A stretch of DNA of 64,000 nucleotides from Marsupella aquatica (lineage: Eukaryota; Plantae; Marchantiophyta), in contig OZ316895.1 of the NCBI GenBank assembly GCA_973895155.1, forward strand, positions 270,007 to 334,006, written 5' to 3'. This document shows positions 1 to 13,650 of the stretch, piece by piece. How positions within the stretch are numbered: the first letter of the stretch is position 1; each line of letters begins with the position of its first letter. A model generated the notes under the pieces. The model did not search any database, was not told where the DNA came from, and saw only the letters and a list, made by a program, of their open reading frames with translations. The translations under genes were made by a program, and so were the position numbers.

Positions 1-300
1 AGTATCACAAGGCAATATGACCCACCATCTGCTCCTCAACCATAACTTGATCATATCAGAATTGATCAACTCTATTGTAGTCATGTCCAACTCATAAAAC
101 TCGATGTGAAGCCTCGGGCCTCTGGACCGTGACTTTTTTAGGCGCAACCAGAGTTGAGGGTGAGGGTGTGAGATGAGTGGGCACAATGAATACTTTCCAT
201 ACATGACTCTTACAGGAGGGCGTGCCTGAGTAATTGTGAAAGGGCCAAAGACTATGTTGACAAGTAAAAAATGACCAAAAAGAAGGTCGCAAGTTTGCCT

Positions 301-3300
301 CTAAACGATCAACGGAGATTCGGCTTCACTTTCAGGCGGTGCTTTCACTCGTTGTTGCGCATCTTCCGCCTGCCACATGGGATCTCAAGCAATAAGTGGT
401 TGCTATGGGGAAAACTGCAGTATTATACTTCTGCATCGAACTAAGGTTTGATTCAATGATATACTGTGCAAGCAGATCGCTTTCTACTCAATGTGGTGAC
501 CATTACATGATTAGTGTCAACAAAATACTGCAGATTGTTTCATTACCTACAGTAGGTGTCTTACGGCGATTGCGCCCTACTGATTACTTTAGATGTTTCA
601 TTCAGCACATGGCCAAGAGGGGAAATCACCGATATAGAAAGTGTATACACACCATTTTTTTCCAATCAATGGTGACCGTGAGAAAGATTAACGTGCCGGT
701 TTGAACGACTAACCCGCAGTAAAATCCCAACCATAAACCCTGCAGACATGGTTCTTACAAACATCAAATAGCTCTCGATACGTATGAATACGAACACTTC
801 ACAGCTTTGGATTGGCAAATATTTGGTGGCACTTCTCAGGCCTTGAAAATAAACAGAAAAGAGCCCCACAAATCAGTACTGTCGCATAGGTTTCCCATCA
901 CTCCAGACATTGCGAGAGGTCTATCGGGTGGACCTAAAAGGCGGTGGGTCATTCATGGATGCAATGTGAGAAGATTGAATTGGGCGAGACTTACCAGGGC
1001 CCCGTACTGGAAATGAAAACCAAGCACAAAGGCTGCAGGCAACCCAACTACATAGTACGAGCCCAAGTTAACCCATGCGCCTGTCTCTTGCCAGCCGCAT
1101 CCCCTCGCCACGCCTACAGAAATGTCAAAGGAAAGTATTCAGCACTCAAGATTGCTTGCTTACCGCTGAGCAAATTGTAGAATTTGTTATGTTTTGTGAG
1201 CCCTAAAAGATCGTTCATGTTTGGGTCACACCAGATAGATTCTACATCGCTGGCCTTGTCGCAGAGCTTAGCTTTCAGAATATAACAGTTCTCTTAGAAG
1301 GAATATCCGACTCTTAAGTTCAATGATTCTCGTCCATGGACGTTTGAAGGTAAATTTAGGTTCCCTTTGTTTCACGGACTCGGTCGAATTTACAAGGCGA
1401 CTACACATGCAGTACAGCGAACCAATTAATCAAAATTAAGTCTGCCAGGGCCACTTCATTGGAACGTAAACAATGGAGAAATCAGAGGGGACAAAAACAG
1501 AGTAAGTAGCGGGGAAATTACAAAAACAGATGTACCCACCTGAGAGGACGCCCTGGATGCCATCCAAGAAGGCTGCAATAGCAATTAAGGGTATGACTTT
1601 AGCTACAGCCTGTACCACCATTGTATCGTCAGTGAAAGCTTTTCCCCAGACATTGCGGACGAGGCATTCACTCGTGGCAATGAGGAAAGAGACAGCGACA
1701 GCGATATAGACAACAACTTTGACAGCGAACTTCGCTGCGGCCGGTCGGTCTGCTCCAAGTTCGTTGGACACTCGTGTGCTGCAGACGATAGTAAATTTGC
1801 ACAACTGAATTTATTTCTTAGAACGAAAGAACAATTGCGAATAAGAAATCGTCAAGGCTCTCACATAAAACTGCCCAAGGCTACCAATAAAATGTGATGG
1901 AAAACTTCTCCCCCAGACTATATGCCGTTGCCAATGACATCATAGGTCGCTTTGAACATTAGATCGTTTTGATTGTTAGATCAACGTGAGGAACTTGTTC
2001 CTACAATTTCTAAAGAAAATGAGAGAGAGGTTTAGGGTTTAGGGTTTAGGGTTTAGGGTATGTGCACTGTTACCTTACAGCACCGCTTAAGCCCATTGGG
2101 ATCATGTATGTAAGTGCTCCAGTGGTCAGACTGGACAACCGTTGATTTATCACACTTATTGTGTCAGTATGAGAAGTTGCAACTTCAGTGCTCTGCAACT
2201 TGAACATGAGAGACAAGAAACTAGACCCACAGTTCGAGAGTATCCCATTTCAATGCACAGCCACAACTCAAAACTACAGAAAGTTACATAATTCAAAACT
2301 CAGTATAATACAGAAATCGTAAATAGAAAGTGAAGTGTTAGGATGGCTTGCATCGAATCGTTCATATACTTTCATATCCTTACCAGATCGAAAGTAGAGA
2401 AACCTGGAGTTGGGGGTTCGGCATATATCCAGCTAACAAGACCAAGACTTCAAACGCCCAATACTCTAAACTGCCACATCAAAAGCCGTGACTCCACACA
2501 AAGTACCCGGTCAGTAAACTAACTTCCAGCACGGTCGTGGTTGCAAATTTGATCTATGACATTCAATGCTCCAAACAAGTAATTGAATTCTAAGAGTTCT
2601 GATCTGCTAGACCCTATTTCAAAGTATCTCAGTTCTCTATTAGGTTTCCAACGAGTTATTAGGGAGAGAGTTCACTTAAGATGGACATCAAGTTAGCAGA
2701 CGTTATGGTCAAATTCAACCAGCCATCTCGCTTCTGTCCACCGCATTCTCCGATTATATACCCTATAGAATTTAGATCTCGTCATTCATACTCCTCACTT
2801 CTACTCTCTGGCTTGAATTTAAACGTGTAACCCTAAACGCATTGATAAGCAGTGATCTGAAAGGACCCTTGGACAAATTGTACGAGCACTCACCAGACCA
2901 TAGCAACGGAGGGTATTGCAAGCTTTAAAAAAATGGTGATTGCTCCGAAAGCCTCTTTGCTCAGCCCTTTCCATGTTTCCTCGAACTCATTGGAGAAGTA
3001 GAGGTAAAGGAGTAACAGGACAAGATTGACGTAGACGGCGATGGTACCGGCAAGCGCTCCTCCATGGAATCCCAGCCCCAGTTTAAACACGAGCAAGTAG
3101 CAAGTGGGAATGTGGGCAAGCACTGTCAGCACAGAGCATAACATAATTGGAAACACTGAGCTTTGTGCTTGCAGAAATTTCGAAATAGGCTGACTTATGG
3201 CACTTGCGAAGAGACTGGGAGATAGCCAACCGAAGTACACTCCTGCCATTCTCGCAATGTCCGGATCCTGGCCTAGAGCTGAGAGGACTTTCTCCATGTT

Positions 3301-4514
3301 CAACCACACGAATGAAATCGGAACACAGACAGCAAGGAGCACGAGTATGGCAGCTTGAACGTAGACGCCAAGCAGGTGATAGTTTTTGGCGCCATAGGCT
3401 TGTCCGCACAACGTCTCTAGGCCAGTCGATAAGCCAGTCTGCAATGCAATTCCAGGCACGACAGCAGTTGCCACTTCAGTGGTCACCCCATGCAGGAGCT
3501 CGGTGCCAGCTCTGTTCACCTCTTTTCTGTCTTTCGGCTTCTTGTCTCTCACGTGTACTCTGTCCCAATTCAATTATAGTCAATGTAATTTAATTTTGTG
3601 GGTGTCGGAGTCGAATCTGTGTTCACAACACAAATTCTCCCTCGTTCACGAAATTCTCTCATGTCATTGCAATCGAAGAAACTAGGGTTCTGATTTTCTT
3701 AGAGTCTCGAGAAATTTTCTGCTGCTGGATGACTTGGACCCTCAATTCTTTCTTTCAATGTCTCTCGTATTTTGAGTTACACATTAGAAGTTCCGATACG
3801 ATCACATTCATGGAAAGAATTTGTGGTTAGTTCATCATCTTGTCACTGGAAGCGATTCACTATGCGATACTTAATCAAACTTTTTGCATTACCTGTCAAG
3901 CGATAAAATACATTCAAGAATTCGCAAACATGACTAGGCTCTATAAAAGCTCTACAATAGATCATCCAGTTCACGATTTGTGCCGTACACTCAGTCAAGC
4001 AAGAGCCAGGCGACCAAATTTATAATCAGAGACGACCATAAACTTATTGTCTCTGGATGAGGGGATAGACGTTACAAACTATTTCGACATTACATTTACA
4101 CTTAACATAAATTGTTTCCTTTTGCTGTTTTGAGCACCGGTAAATTTTGCAAAGTGGGAGTCGTTAAGTTTCTAAATCACCTATCAATCAAGAGACTTCA
4201 GAGTGGACGCGTGCGGGCTCAGCAGCACCTACCAGAACAGTGAAGCCAGTCACACTGGCGAAGGAGGTCGCAAGAGTAGCACTCGACAGCTGGAGCACTC
4301 CAAGGTGACCAACGAACATACTCGATATAACCCAGATGGAATATTGCATAAGATTGGAAATCACCAGATATCCAGCCAGGTCAAATTGTTTTCTAACTTC
4401 TATCCACACTCCAGCATTCCCGGTTTGATTTACGACAACATCACTGGAGGTGGTCTCGTAGCCACCATTTTCATCATCGGAGTCAGGTAGAAGAGGCTTC
4501 GTAATGGAACCCAT
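301..4514 (-). CDS. MATE efflux transporter (DETOXIFICATION/DTX family), 8 exons: 4514-4233, 3438-2894, 2470-2384, 2130-2074, 1778-1540, 1113-995, 739-653, 369-301; 494 aa
   Basis: MATE motifs [68 protein letters not shown]. All introns are GT-AG with consistent phases. Internal exon sizes 87/57/239/119/87 are typical of plant MATE genes. Total 1485 nt from ATG 4514 to TAG 301. Confidence 0.95.
2031..2058 (+). repeat. Interstitial plant telomere repeat (TTTAGGG)4 in MATE intron 4
   Basis: Four perfect TTTAGGG units directly after a short (GA)n run. Confidence 0.95.
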
Positions 4515-6020
4515 GTTTCCCAGCAAGCGCTACAGAGAGTCGCTGTACCACCGATTCCCCAGACCCAGCTCTAGTCCAGAGCTCAAGGAACGCAACCCAG
4601 CTGCAAATATCAACCGCTTTACTGGTGAGTTTCGAACCCCATGCAAACTCACCAAGCTAGCGACTTTCCAATCCAACTTTGAAGACTAGGTCTACTTCTC
4701 TGGGAAACATGTCGTGGAAACTCACAGCCGATACTCAATGACAGCTCTTGCTCTATCCAGAAAGACCTTGCTCAATTGTCAAGAAGCTTGTGTCGCAAAT
4801 AAAATACTCTCTCTCGACCGACGTCATGAGTTGAAACCCGTGTCTCAATTCTACTCTCATATCATAAAATACAGTAGGAGGATAATTTGATATCTGTGCA
4901 ATTATCTGTGAGTGCTTTCATCTTCCGGGATTCTTCCTTTGGCTGGAAGAATAATGGGAAGGAAGTTCGGTCATCCGGTGTGACACTGTGACCCCAACCA
5001 ACCATTCAGCACCACTCAGCAACGCTGAAAAACACCAGTCATCCTTTGCACGACTCTGACACTCTGCATTAAAAGACTTGGACCTGCCACCGACTCCAAT
5101 GCTACCCCAATACAGTACCGTAGGTTGCCACTCACCCGAAACTTTGATAGAAAACAGGCGGTCAGATGATTTGGGTTTATTAAAGAAGTATTAAGGACAT
5201 TTTCACTGGAGACAGGCTTCACTTCTGATTTCGATCCAGAGCAATCCGATGCACGATGATAAATCGAAAAATCTTAAACCACATTGGCCACGGACGACAG
5301 ACCGGTTACAAACTTGCCAAGAACCATTGAACTGTGGAATTGTACTGCTATCATTGAATGCTGATGGTATGGACACGTAAAGATAACTGGCCTGCCATCC
5401 AGGACACAGTCTATAGATATGCCCAGGCACGTAATAGCTCACTTAGACTGTCGGACTATGCTACTCTCGTCACGCCGTGCTCAAGCTCAACTTGGACCGA
5501 TAGCATTACATCACTTGGCTACAAGACTATCATCTACAGTAGTTTGTCTAACACTATTACCATCCCAATCATGTGCTCCATAATTTACTATGATAAAACC
5601 ATGTATCGCTGCAAATGTCACTTGGATGGGTGGTAGTTTACTGCAAACGTAGATGTTACTGTCCTTACAGGACAATGTCACTCACCACGTAGGTGGCCCA
5701 AATCACACATAGGTTGCATCCCAGTGGCCAAGCATCTGATAGCTTCAGGACTTCACATAGGGCCGCGGAAAGACATCCACTGGATAGTGGCAACATAGGG
5801 CAGGGGCAACATCGACACATTTGACAATGACAAAAGAGGCAAAATGTGCCACACAAGTTTCATCATATAGCCTCCTCCCTTGCTTTTGAGATATTTGAGA
5901 GACTTTATCATAAGTTTGATGGGCTTCTTTGACAAATAGTCTGACAAACAGCTTGAGATGTTCATGGATGGGTGGGTTCTATGGGACCACATACCATTAT
6001 CTATTTTGATCACACACTTT

Positions 6021-6080
6021 TGTCAGTGAATTTCAGTGACATTACAAAGTGTCAGTGAATTTCAGTGACATTACAAAGTG
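6021..6080. repeat. 29-bp tandem duplication
   Basis: tgtcagtgaatttcagtgacattacaaag occurs twice in tandem. Confidence 0.9.
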
Positions 6081-7138
6081 CTCAAGCTCAGGCAATCTAT
6101 AGTCTATTTCTTGCCATGGGTGCTAATTTGCTTCTGCAGAGGCTTGCCTCCTTAGAGGACATCCATGTTCCACTTGCATATTTAGTTACAACACTAGATG
6201 TGGCTGTTAGCTCATCACACTATTGCACTGGTAGCTATTTTCCCCTTTTTCCTCTTTCTTGAATTTTGGGTTTGTATTTGCCTATTCTATGTTGTTTAAT
6301 TTTTTCATTTTTGGACATCGTTTGCTTAGTACCCTTCATCGTACTTTGTTTGGGCATTTTTATAAATATGAATTATATAAATCCCGTTGGTGATGGCCCA
6401 GGGAACGATCTAAATTCTTTGTCCAAATGGTTCTTCCGAGAGTCCACCTTGGTTTTATTGCCCATCGGCAATCCAAAGTACCTCAATCACTCTTGGGGTC
6501 AAATTGAACACCCTCTTGTAGATGTTGGTTGCTTCTGACTCGTAGTCCCACAAGCCTACAAATTCCAACAAGTCCAAATTCGTCACCTATTGTTTCATCC
6601 ATGGTAACCGATAAAGGTTTCCAAGCTGGACCCGGCCATGAAACCCTGATATTTGCGGGATTGGATTACTGTGAAATAGGTATCCTTGTCCCCACAAAAT
6701 ACAATTGGACCTCCTTTGGCAAGACACCCGCCCAACCTGTCCAATTGTTGTTCTAAGTGGGGATGGCCCTGGCCAAATTGACCTCCAGTTGTCTGGCTCC
6801 CTCCGGCTTCTTCCTTCCGGCCTCAACAGTCTTTTTTGGTGTCGCTGATCTGGTCCTTTTTTTCAGAGTGGCCTCATCATTTGAAGCTCCCTTCCTCTTC
6901 ATGCTGGCCGCCTTCAATGATTCTCTTTTCATCTTTTAGGATAGATTCCCTTCCCAATGCACTTTGCAGCTGACAATCAGAATGCACTTGTTCACTCTCG
7001 TGCGCACTATAGCTTGTTCAAAGTCACTGTCTATTGTCTGCAAAAAAAATGTACAGGTATATTAGAAAATTACACAAGAGCAAAGTCTCTACAAAAACAT
7101 GTTATACTTCAAGGAGACCCCATTCACACCAAAAAAAA

Positions 7139-7483
7139 TGTTAGATATTGCTCTAGTCTTGTAGCTCATGAGCTAACCACAGTTAGTCTAACTCGGGTTA
7201 AGATTTAGCTAATGTTAGCGGTAGTGCTGTTGTGCATATAGCCAGGGCTGATGCCAGACCCTGGGTGGAACTTAGGCTCATTGTTACGGAGCTAGTTGAG
7301 AGATAGGGAGAGCTTGTGCTGTGGATGCTTGGTATGACCGGTCGGTCTAGAGTGCAGTAAAGCTCTTGTGTGTTCCCGTGGACGTAGCCTCATGTGGAGG
7401 TGAACCACACATCTCTCTGTGTCGACTCTTGTACGTTGGATGGTTCATGGGCTTGCAGTTGTGAATGTTGTCTATGCTTAACA
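7139..7483 (+). mobile_element. Solo LTR of a Ty1/copia (Tnt1/Tork-like) family
   Basis: TGTTA...TAACA termini, 5-bp TSD AAAAA (7134-7138 / 7484-7488). The 3' half (gtgttcccgtggacgtagcc...ggtgaaccac...gtcgact...ggatggttcatgggcttg) aligns with the copia LTRs at 13247 and 19307 in reverse orientation. Confidence 0.9.
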
Positions 7484-10420
7484 AAAAATACTTACCTCAT
7501 TCTGTGTGGCAATGGACCAGGCTATACATATGCAGAATTGAGTATGGATGGATATTGTGCATTCTCTTTCCCTTTAGCCTTTGAGGGTTGTTTAGCTATT
7601 CCTTTGTCTCAATCCCCGTCTCAATCTCAATCCACTCTCCATATCGAGAGTCAAATGCCAATCCAGTTAGTCTTCAAAACTGTGTGCAAATTGATCTTCA
7701 CTACTTTCTTGAGAATTTTGATCATTGCGTTCCACCGAGGACAAATCTATTCTTGAATTTTCCCCCAATCATGGATAGATTCTTTGCATTGCTAGATTTC
7801 TTTGAAACCAACTTGCTAAATAAGCACACTCGTGTTCAGAAATTGTGAAATGTTTTCAACTTGTATACCACACTATAACCATTCATGATAGCCCAAGAAT
7901 CCAAATGCAGTGGTCAAATTTGTCAAAATTATTGAAACATTTGCCCTTGCAAATTCGAGCTGCCTTTGCTTCCACTGCCAACAATGGAAGACGCTTCCAC
8001 TGTATTCTTCACGGTGAAGACAATTGTCAATCAAAGTGGATACACAAGGATTCACAAGAAATGGAGGTCTACGGGAACCGGGAGGTCTTGATTAACTGCT
8101 TACACACCGTCGTGTGGGCCCTTAGAGTATCCTGACAACATTTTGAATCCATGAGCTACTGCGTCTCCTCCATCGGCCCGATCTATCCCATGGTGGTAAG
8201 CTCTCACATTTGGGAATGTCAACTTCACACCGATCGCTCTGTGCCAAAGATGCGCGCACAGTGGCATCATCCTCTCCAACAACTGACATCCCTACTTGCA
8301 CCTTGACCACTCTATAGTGCCCTAGAGAGAGCATGCAAATGTTGACAAAACCACACTATTCCTGGGACTATTCCTAAACCCTAGTACAATCTATTCAACC
8401 CAAAGCTCATGACCAACAAAAATTGTCCTGACAGAATGTGAGACAATGAACATCTGGAGCATGTTCTATGAGGACGTGTTAGCAATAAACATATGAAGAC
8501 ATTTCTGGTTTTGCATTTAAACATCCTTGGTCGTCGCAGTCTCAGCCGACCCTAAACCATACAATGAACATGACGGTCAAGTTGCTTGTGCTCACAGTTT
8601 AGGTAGATTGTAGTCTGTCACAGTACACGGTGATGCGGTGAACTGTATTCACAGTTCCAGTAGTGCAAAATACAGGGGAATACATGTGCTTTCTGTATGA
8701 AAGTGTAGATGGGGTTGATTAGGTAAGAAATAGACTTTGGGAGTCAAGCGAGGCAGAAGGAGTCAGAAGGGGGTCGATTAATCATATACCTTGCAGAAAT
8801 GAAAGCCTTAAGGCTTTATGATGACCCTCATCAAACCAGTCAGATGAACAAGATGGAAGGGAAAGAAGAAAAGAAGAAATTGAGCTGGATTGCGGCCGGG
8901 GTACCAAATTAAAAAAAACTGGGTGGGAGGTGGGGGATGGGCAAGGAGGGTAAAAGAAATTGCGATAATTTCAAAGTACGTTATGTTTCTCTGAGCTTTT
9001 GTTGAACTAATCAGTTCCCATTTGTTGACTAACGTTTGTGAGGGTTTAGGTTCTGAGGTACATATTTCCTAATTACTGAAATTTTGTATGTTTCGGGGGA
9101 ATGGATCTTAGTCTAGTAGTGAGGCAATGTGGTATAGTTCTTTTTAGATGAATTGCATAATTAGAAAATCACGCAAGGAGGATAGGCAATAGAAATACAG
9201 AGACACAAACCATGATTCATTTTGCCTTCATGTGTGACAACATTATAAGGTTTTGGAAGGGATATCTAGTATACTCCTTGAATTGGGCACCTTGTTGATA
9301 TGGTAAACTGTGTATAAGTGCAACATGGATAAGTGCATTATGTGGCTTGGTGCAGGCCAACTATGTCTTCCCCTAAAATCACAAGAATTATCTTTGTCAA
9401 TATGCCAAATGCACTTTGCATAAGTGCAGTTAAATTCTCACTGAACCTCGGGGCTCACTATATGGAGGCCTCCCCCATCACCTGCGACGTGTTCAGGCTT
9501 GGAACCCCTAAAGTGTAAGTAAATTTGGAATATTCTCCAAAATTGATTAAAAGACTCTAATGTTCTTATAAGTCCTCAAAATAGATTTAAAAGACCATAT
9601 TGTTATTGTGAGAAAATTCTTAAATGTTCCCTTAGAACTAATAAAACGTTAAGAATTTATAAAATAACCATATCCTTGGTTACACATGATGTGTCATTTT
9701 TGTGGAAGTGAAACACTCAAGCACTAAATGAGAAAATGTTTTCAACAAAATAACAATACATAAGTGCATTTCTGTCTATAAGTGTACATATGCATTTATC
9801 AATTACTGGAATACATACATAAGAAGCATTTATCGACAAGTGCAACAAACAACCACATAAAGTACTTTCATGCACTTATCCAGATGACATGTGCAATATA
9901 GGGCTCGGGGTAGTAGAAGTCTGATGTGAGTGACCAGACAACATAACTGGGAAGTGCATAAGTGATTTTCCCATGCATTTCTTAGATAGTGCAGATTGTG
10001 TACATCTGGATAAGTGCATAGTGCATTCCATGGATAAGTGCTGGCTGGTGGTGTGTGCCCCTGAGCCTGCACTTAGACATGATTCATTTGTACTGTCAAA
10101 GCATCATCCCACCTTCCCTACTGTCAAAATAAAAATGATTGGGCCTCCCCCAAATCCCAAGAGTCCCTGATTTATTTTCTGTATTTTACGAAAGAGTTAA
10201 ATCATGAGTGCCTCAAGGGTCTACCAGGGAAAAAGTGTGGACCCACCTAATTTTTACTTATGAATAATATTAAAATTATGCAAAGCCTTGGATCTTTCCT
10301 GATCTTAAGGACAGCCATTAGATCTTCACAGATCAGGCAAACCCAACTGTAGCTAAAGTAGGTTTTGGCAAACTTTTTTTTTTTTTCAAAAGGGGAGCCA
10401 CTTTATTCAGAGAGCCCAAA

Positions 10421-10643
10421 AGGCCAAAATACAGAACTGCTTGGGGAAGGAGGCAGAGAAGAGAAACCAGAAAAAAAGGGGGCTGGAAGAGGGAGCACAC
10501 CCAAAGAGGAGAGAAAGGAGCCGCCATGGGCCCAATAGGCCAAAAACAGAACTGCCTGGGGGAAGGAGGCAGAGAAGAAAAACCAGAAAAAAAGGGGGGC
10601 TGAAAGAGGGAGCACACCCAGAGAGGAAGGAAGGGGGCCGCCA
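10421..10643. repeat. Imperfect direct repeat (~105-bp units) at the LINE 3' end
   Basis: aggccaaaa(t)acagaactgc...gaaggaggcagagaag...gagggagcacaccc...gccgcca at ~10421-10526 and ~10537-10643. Confidence 0.85.
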
Positions 10644-13246
10644 ACCACCCTGCCTCACGGGAGGAGACAGGGGAAAGATGGAAGGAGGCACCCAAGCTGA
10701 GAACAAGAACAAACACCAAACATCCCCAGCAAGACCCAGAACCCACCAAGGCCAACCAACCCAGAAGCGCCCTAGGACTAGTCCGGGAGAAGCCATCCCA
10801 CTTCCACTGGCCCAGATAACCACCATCCACACTTGAACTTCATCCGCACTCGATCACCAAACTGGATCAACTGCAACCTTTGCATAACAGGAACATGCCG
10901 GAGAAAAAAGGCTCGATCCCAAGCAGCCTACCACCACACCTTCACCACAAATCCATCTCTCGGACCCATGCATCCGCGCTAGGATCCCCAAGGAAGGAGA
11001 TGGCTGGCGAGAGATCCTGTCTCCCAAAACAAAAACTGTCATACCCTTAGGATACCCCCAGTAGCCAGCAGATTGATCACCCAAGATACGAGAGCGCCCA
11101 AACGCCGAGAGAATACTGTGAGACTCCAGCCACGGGCGCAACCCATAGAGCAGAGGGACCAAAGGAGGCAAAGTGGGTAACCAGCGGGATGGATCCCTAC
11201 TTCCCAAGAGACAGTCCGTCTACTGCTCCCAAACAAACTACTGCCGGGGCGCGCACCACCAACCCCGCAGATGAAGATCCATACTGACTAAACGAGAGCA
11301 GATTGGGGGGGGGGGGGGGAATCGGCCAACTCCCCCAAAATAGCACTGAAGACCACTGGATGAAGGCCCAAGGCGTGACGCACAATCACAGCAGCCAAGA
11401 AGAGCACAGCCCAGATTGCCTCCCTAGAGACCCGATCTGAGAACAAGAGCCGGCATCACAACCACCAGCATGATGCCATCTGCCCCAAAGATGATTCCAA
11501 CCCAACCAGACCCGATAACTCCACCAATTCTTGCCAGCCAGAGGCGAGCGGAGATAGCCAAAACCAGAGTAGACCCGGACGCCAACAAAGGATGAAACAG
11601 CCAAGATGAGAACCAAATCGGCCAGAGAAGATATCTATACAATGCTACTGCTTGGTCCTACACTAATAGAGATCCAACAAGCAGCCAACGTTGCTACACG
11701 GTTGAGACCCCAAAGGCATAGATACTCTGATTAATCACTAGACCGGGGGCAGAGCCATCAAAATTCCAATACAGAACATAGCCGAGACCGGCTATACCAA
11801 AGGAAGAAATGCTAATATGGGCAGCACCGCAGCAGCAGCCCCCATCCCACCAGAAGAGGCCGAGTGTGCCGGGGAACAGGAAGAGCGGATGGCAGACCAA
11901 AGAGCGGCCAAAGGAGGCCAACCAAGAATACATGATATGAACGGATCCGACTGAATAGGACATACCCACCAGGTAACAAGAACCCCATTGGAGCAAGGTA
12001 GTGGACCCCACAAAGCACCGACCACAGAGAAGAGAAATATGTAGGAGAGCAACCACTGACAACATGGGGAGAAGAAACAGCCGCAACCCAAACAACCACC
12101 CACAAGACATAAGTACGTGATACTATATGCAACAATAGGAAGGGGCATGAGCCATATGGTGGGGAACCAGAGAACGAAGAGGGACGAGACTTCCCCGATT
12201 GGCATGGGGAGGACAAGCTAATCTACCAGAGCTCTCCGGAGGTGGCGGCAACCTAATGGGCTTGAGATGAATTTCTCCGCGTAATACAATCTTTTTTTTT
12301 TATTCAGAGTCCGAGCCCAATGCAACTGCATGCATATGCAACACAACAGAGGAGGCGACTGCAAAAGGGGAGAACACAACAGATTGGCTTCGAAACACGA
12401 GGGTGTTACGATTTTTCCAAAGAAGCCACACAGTCTCGTACACAACAAAAATTCGAGCAGAATGCCGTGGGGAGCGGCCCAGAGACCGATCCAACATCTG
12501 TAGGAAGGAGTGTCCCCCGGGAATATGGGAAAGGGAGGGCACCCTCTCATAAAACCACGCTGTTCTATTCCATGCAGAAATAGCCTGTGGACACGAGAAG
12601 AAGATATGAGGACAATCTTCCGGGCAATCCCGGCAAGAAGGGCACATCCCATCCCCGTGTCCAACCTGTAGGGCTCTCCGTTTGGTGAATAACCCTGCAG
12701 CCAATACTCGCCACAAAAATATCTTTCCCCTCTGAGACAGGTCTGAACGCCATAGCCGTTTCCATCTGCGCTGCCACACATCCACAGAATCCAATGCTCC
12801 CCATCTTCTGTTAAAGTCACCAAATTGACCAGATGATTTATCTAATAATTTGTAGGCTACTATGCTACGGAGAAGCCGTGGGTGAATAAGTTCTTTAAGT
12901 CCCTTCCAATGCCATTGCAAATTAACAAAAGAGAGAGAGACGGATGGAGGGGGTCCACTCTGAAGGTGCCGAATTACATCTGCCAAGAGTGTGGTGAATT
13001 GTGGGCCAACTCCACGAACCCGAGCTAACCTGTCCGAGAAATCAATCCACTCTCCTGCATGCCAATCCCAGAGATCTGACACGGAAAAGATGTTAATTCG
13101 AGTACTAGCGATGATTAGACTAGCAAGAGCATTGGCAGGAACGTTCAGAGAGTTTAATGAGGAGCTAAGCAAATCCGCGAAAAACCAACGAGCGGGAATA
13201 GCTAGATCATGGGATTCCCAGTGCAAAAAGCCTCGAAGATGGATCC

Positions 13247-13650
13247 TGTTGAGCATAGACGACGATCGCAACGACAAGCCCATGAACCATCCAACGCACA
13301 ATAGTCGACACAAGAGATACGTGGTTCACCTCCTTGAGGCTACGTCCACGGGAACACACAAGAGAGCTTTACTGAACTCTAAGCTCGTCGGCTATACCGA
13401 GTCTCCACAGTGTAAGCTCTCCCTATCTCTCAAGTGGCTCCATAACAATGAGCCTTGGTTCTACCTCTCCAAGCACACATGCCTCTTACGATATAGTGTG
13501 CAACTTAGTTGTACCTAACCACATAGTTTTACCTAATCACGTAGTTGTACCTAACCACATAGTTGTACCTAATCACGTAATTGTACCTAACCACGTAGTT
13601 GTACCTAACCACATCATACCTAACCTAGACGTAAGAGTAAATACCCAACA
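13247..13650 (-). repeat. 3' LTR of the copia element (404 bp)
   Basis: Differs from 19307-19715 by about 8 substitutions and one 5-bp indel (manual comparison). Adjacent to the PPT. Confidence 0.96.
13506..13625. repeat. 18-bp tandem repeat (TAGTTGTACCTAAYCACR x~6) in LTR U3; same array at ~19571-19690
   Basis: Directly visible. It produces the spurious VVPNH ORFs in the ORF track. Confidence 0.92.

Noticed and set aside
5000-8900. Scattered ORFs upstream of the MATE gene as a possible gene
   Set aside because: Frames I translated are interrupted by stops and gave no identifiable motif, so the region is left unannotated apart from the solo LTR.
10333-12216. Many overlapping hydrophobic or G/W-rich ORFs
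   Set aside because: Compositional artefacts of the strand-biased LINE 3' region; no domain signature.
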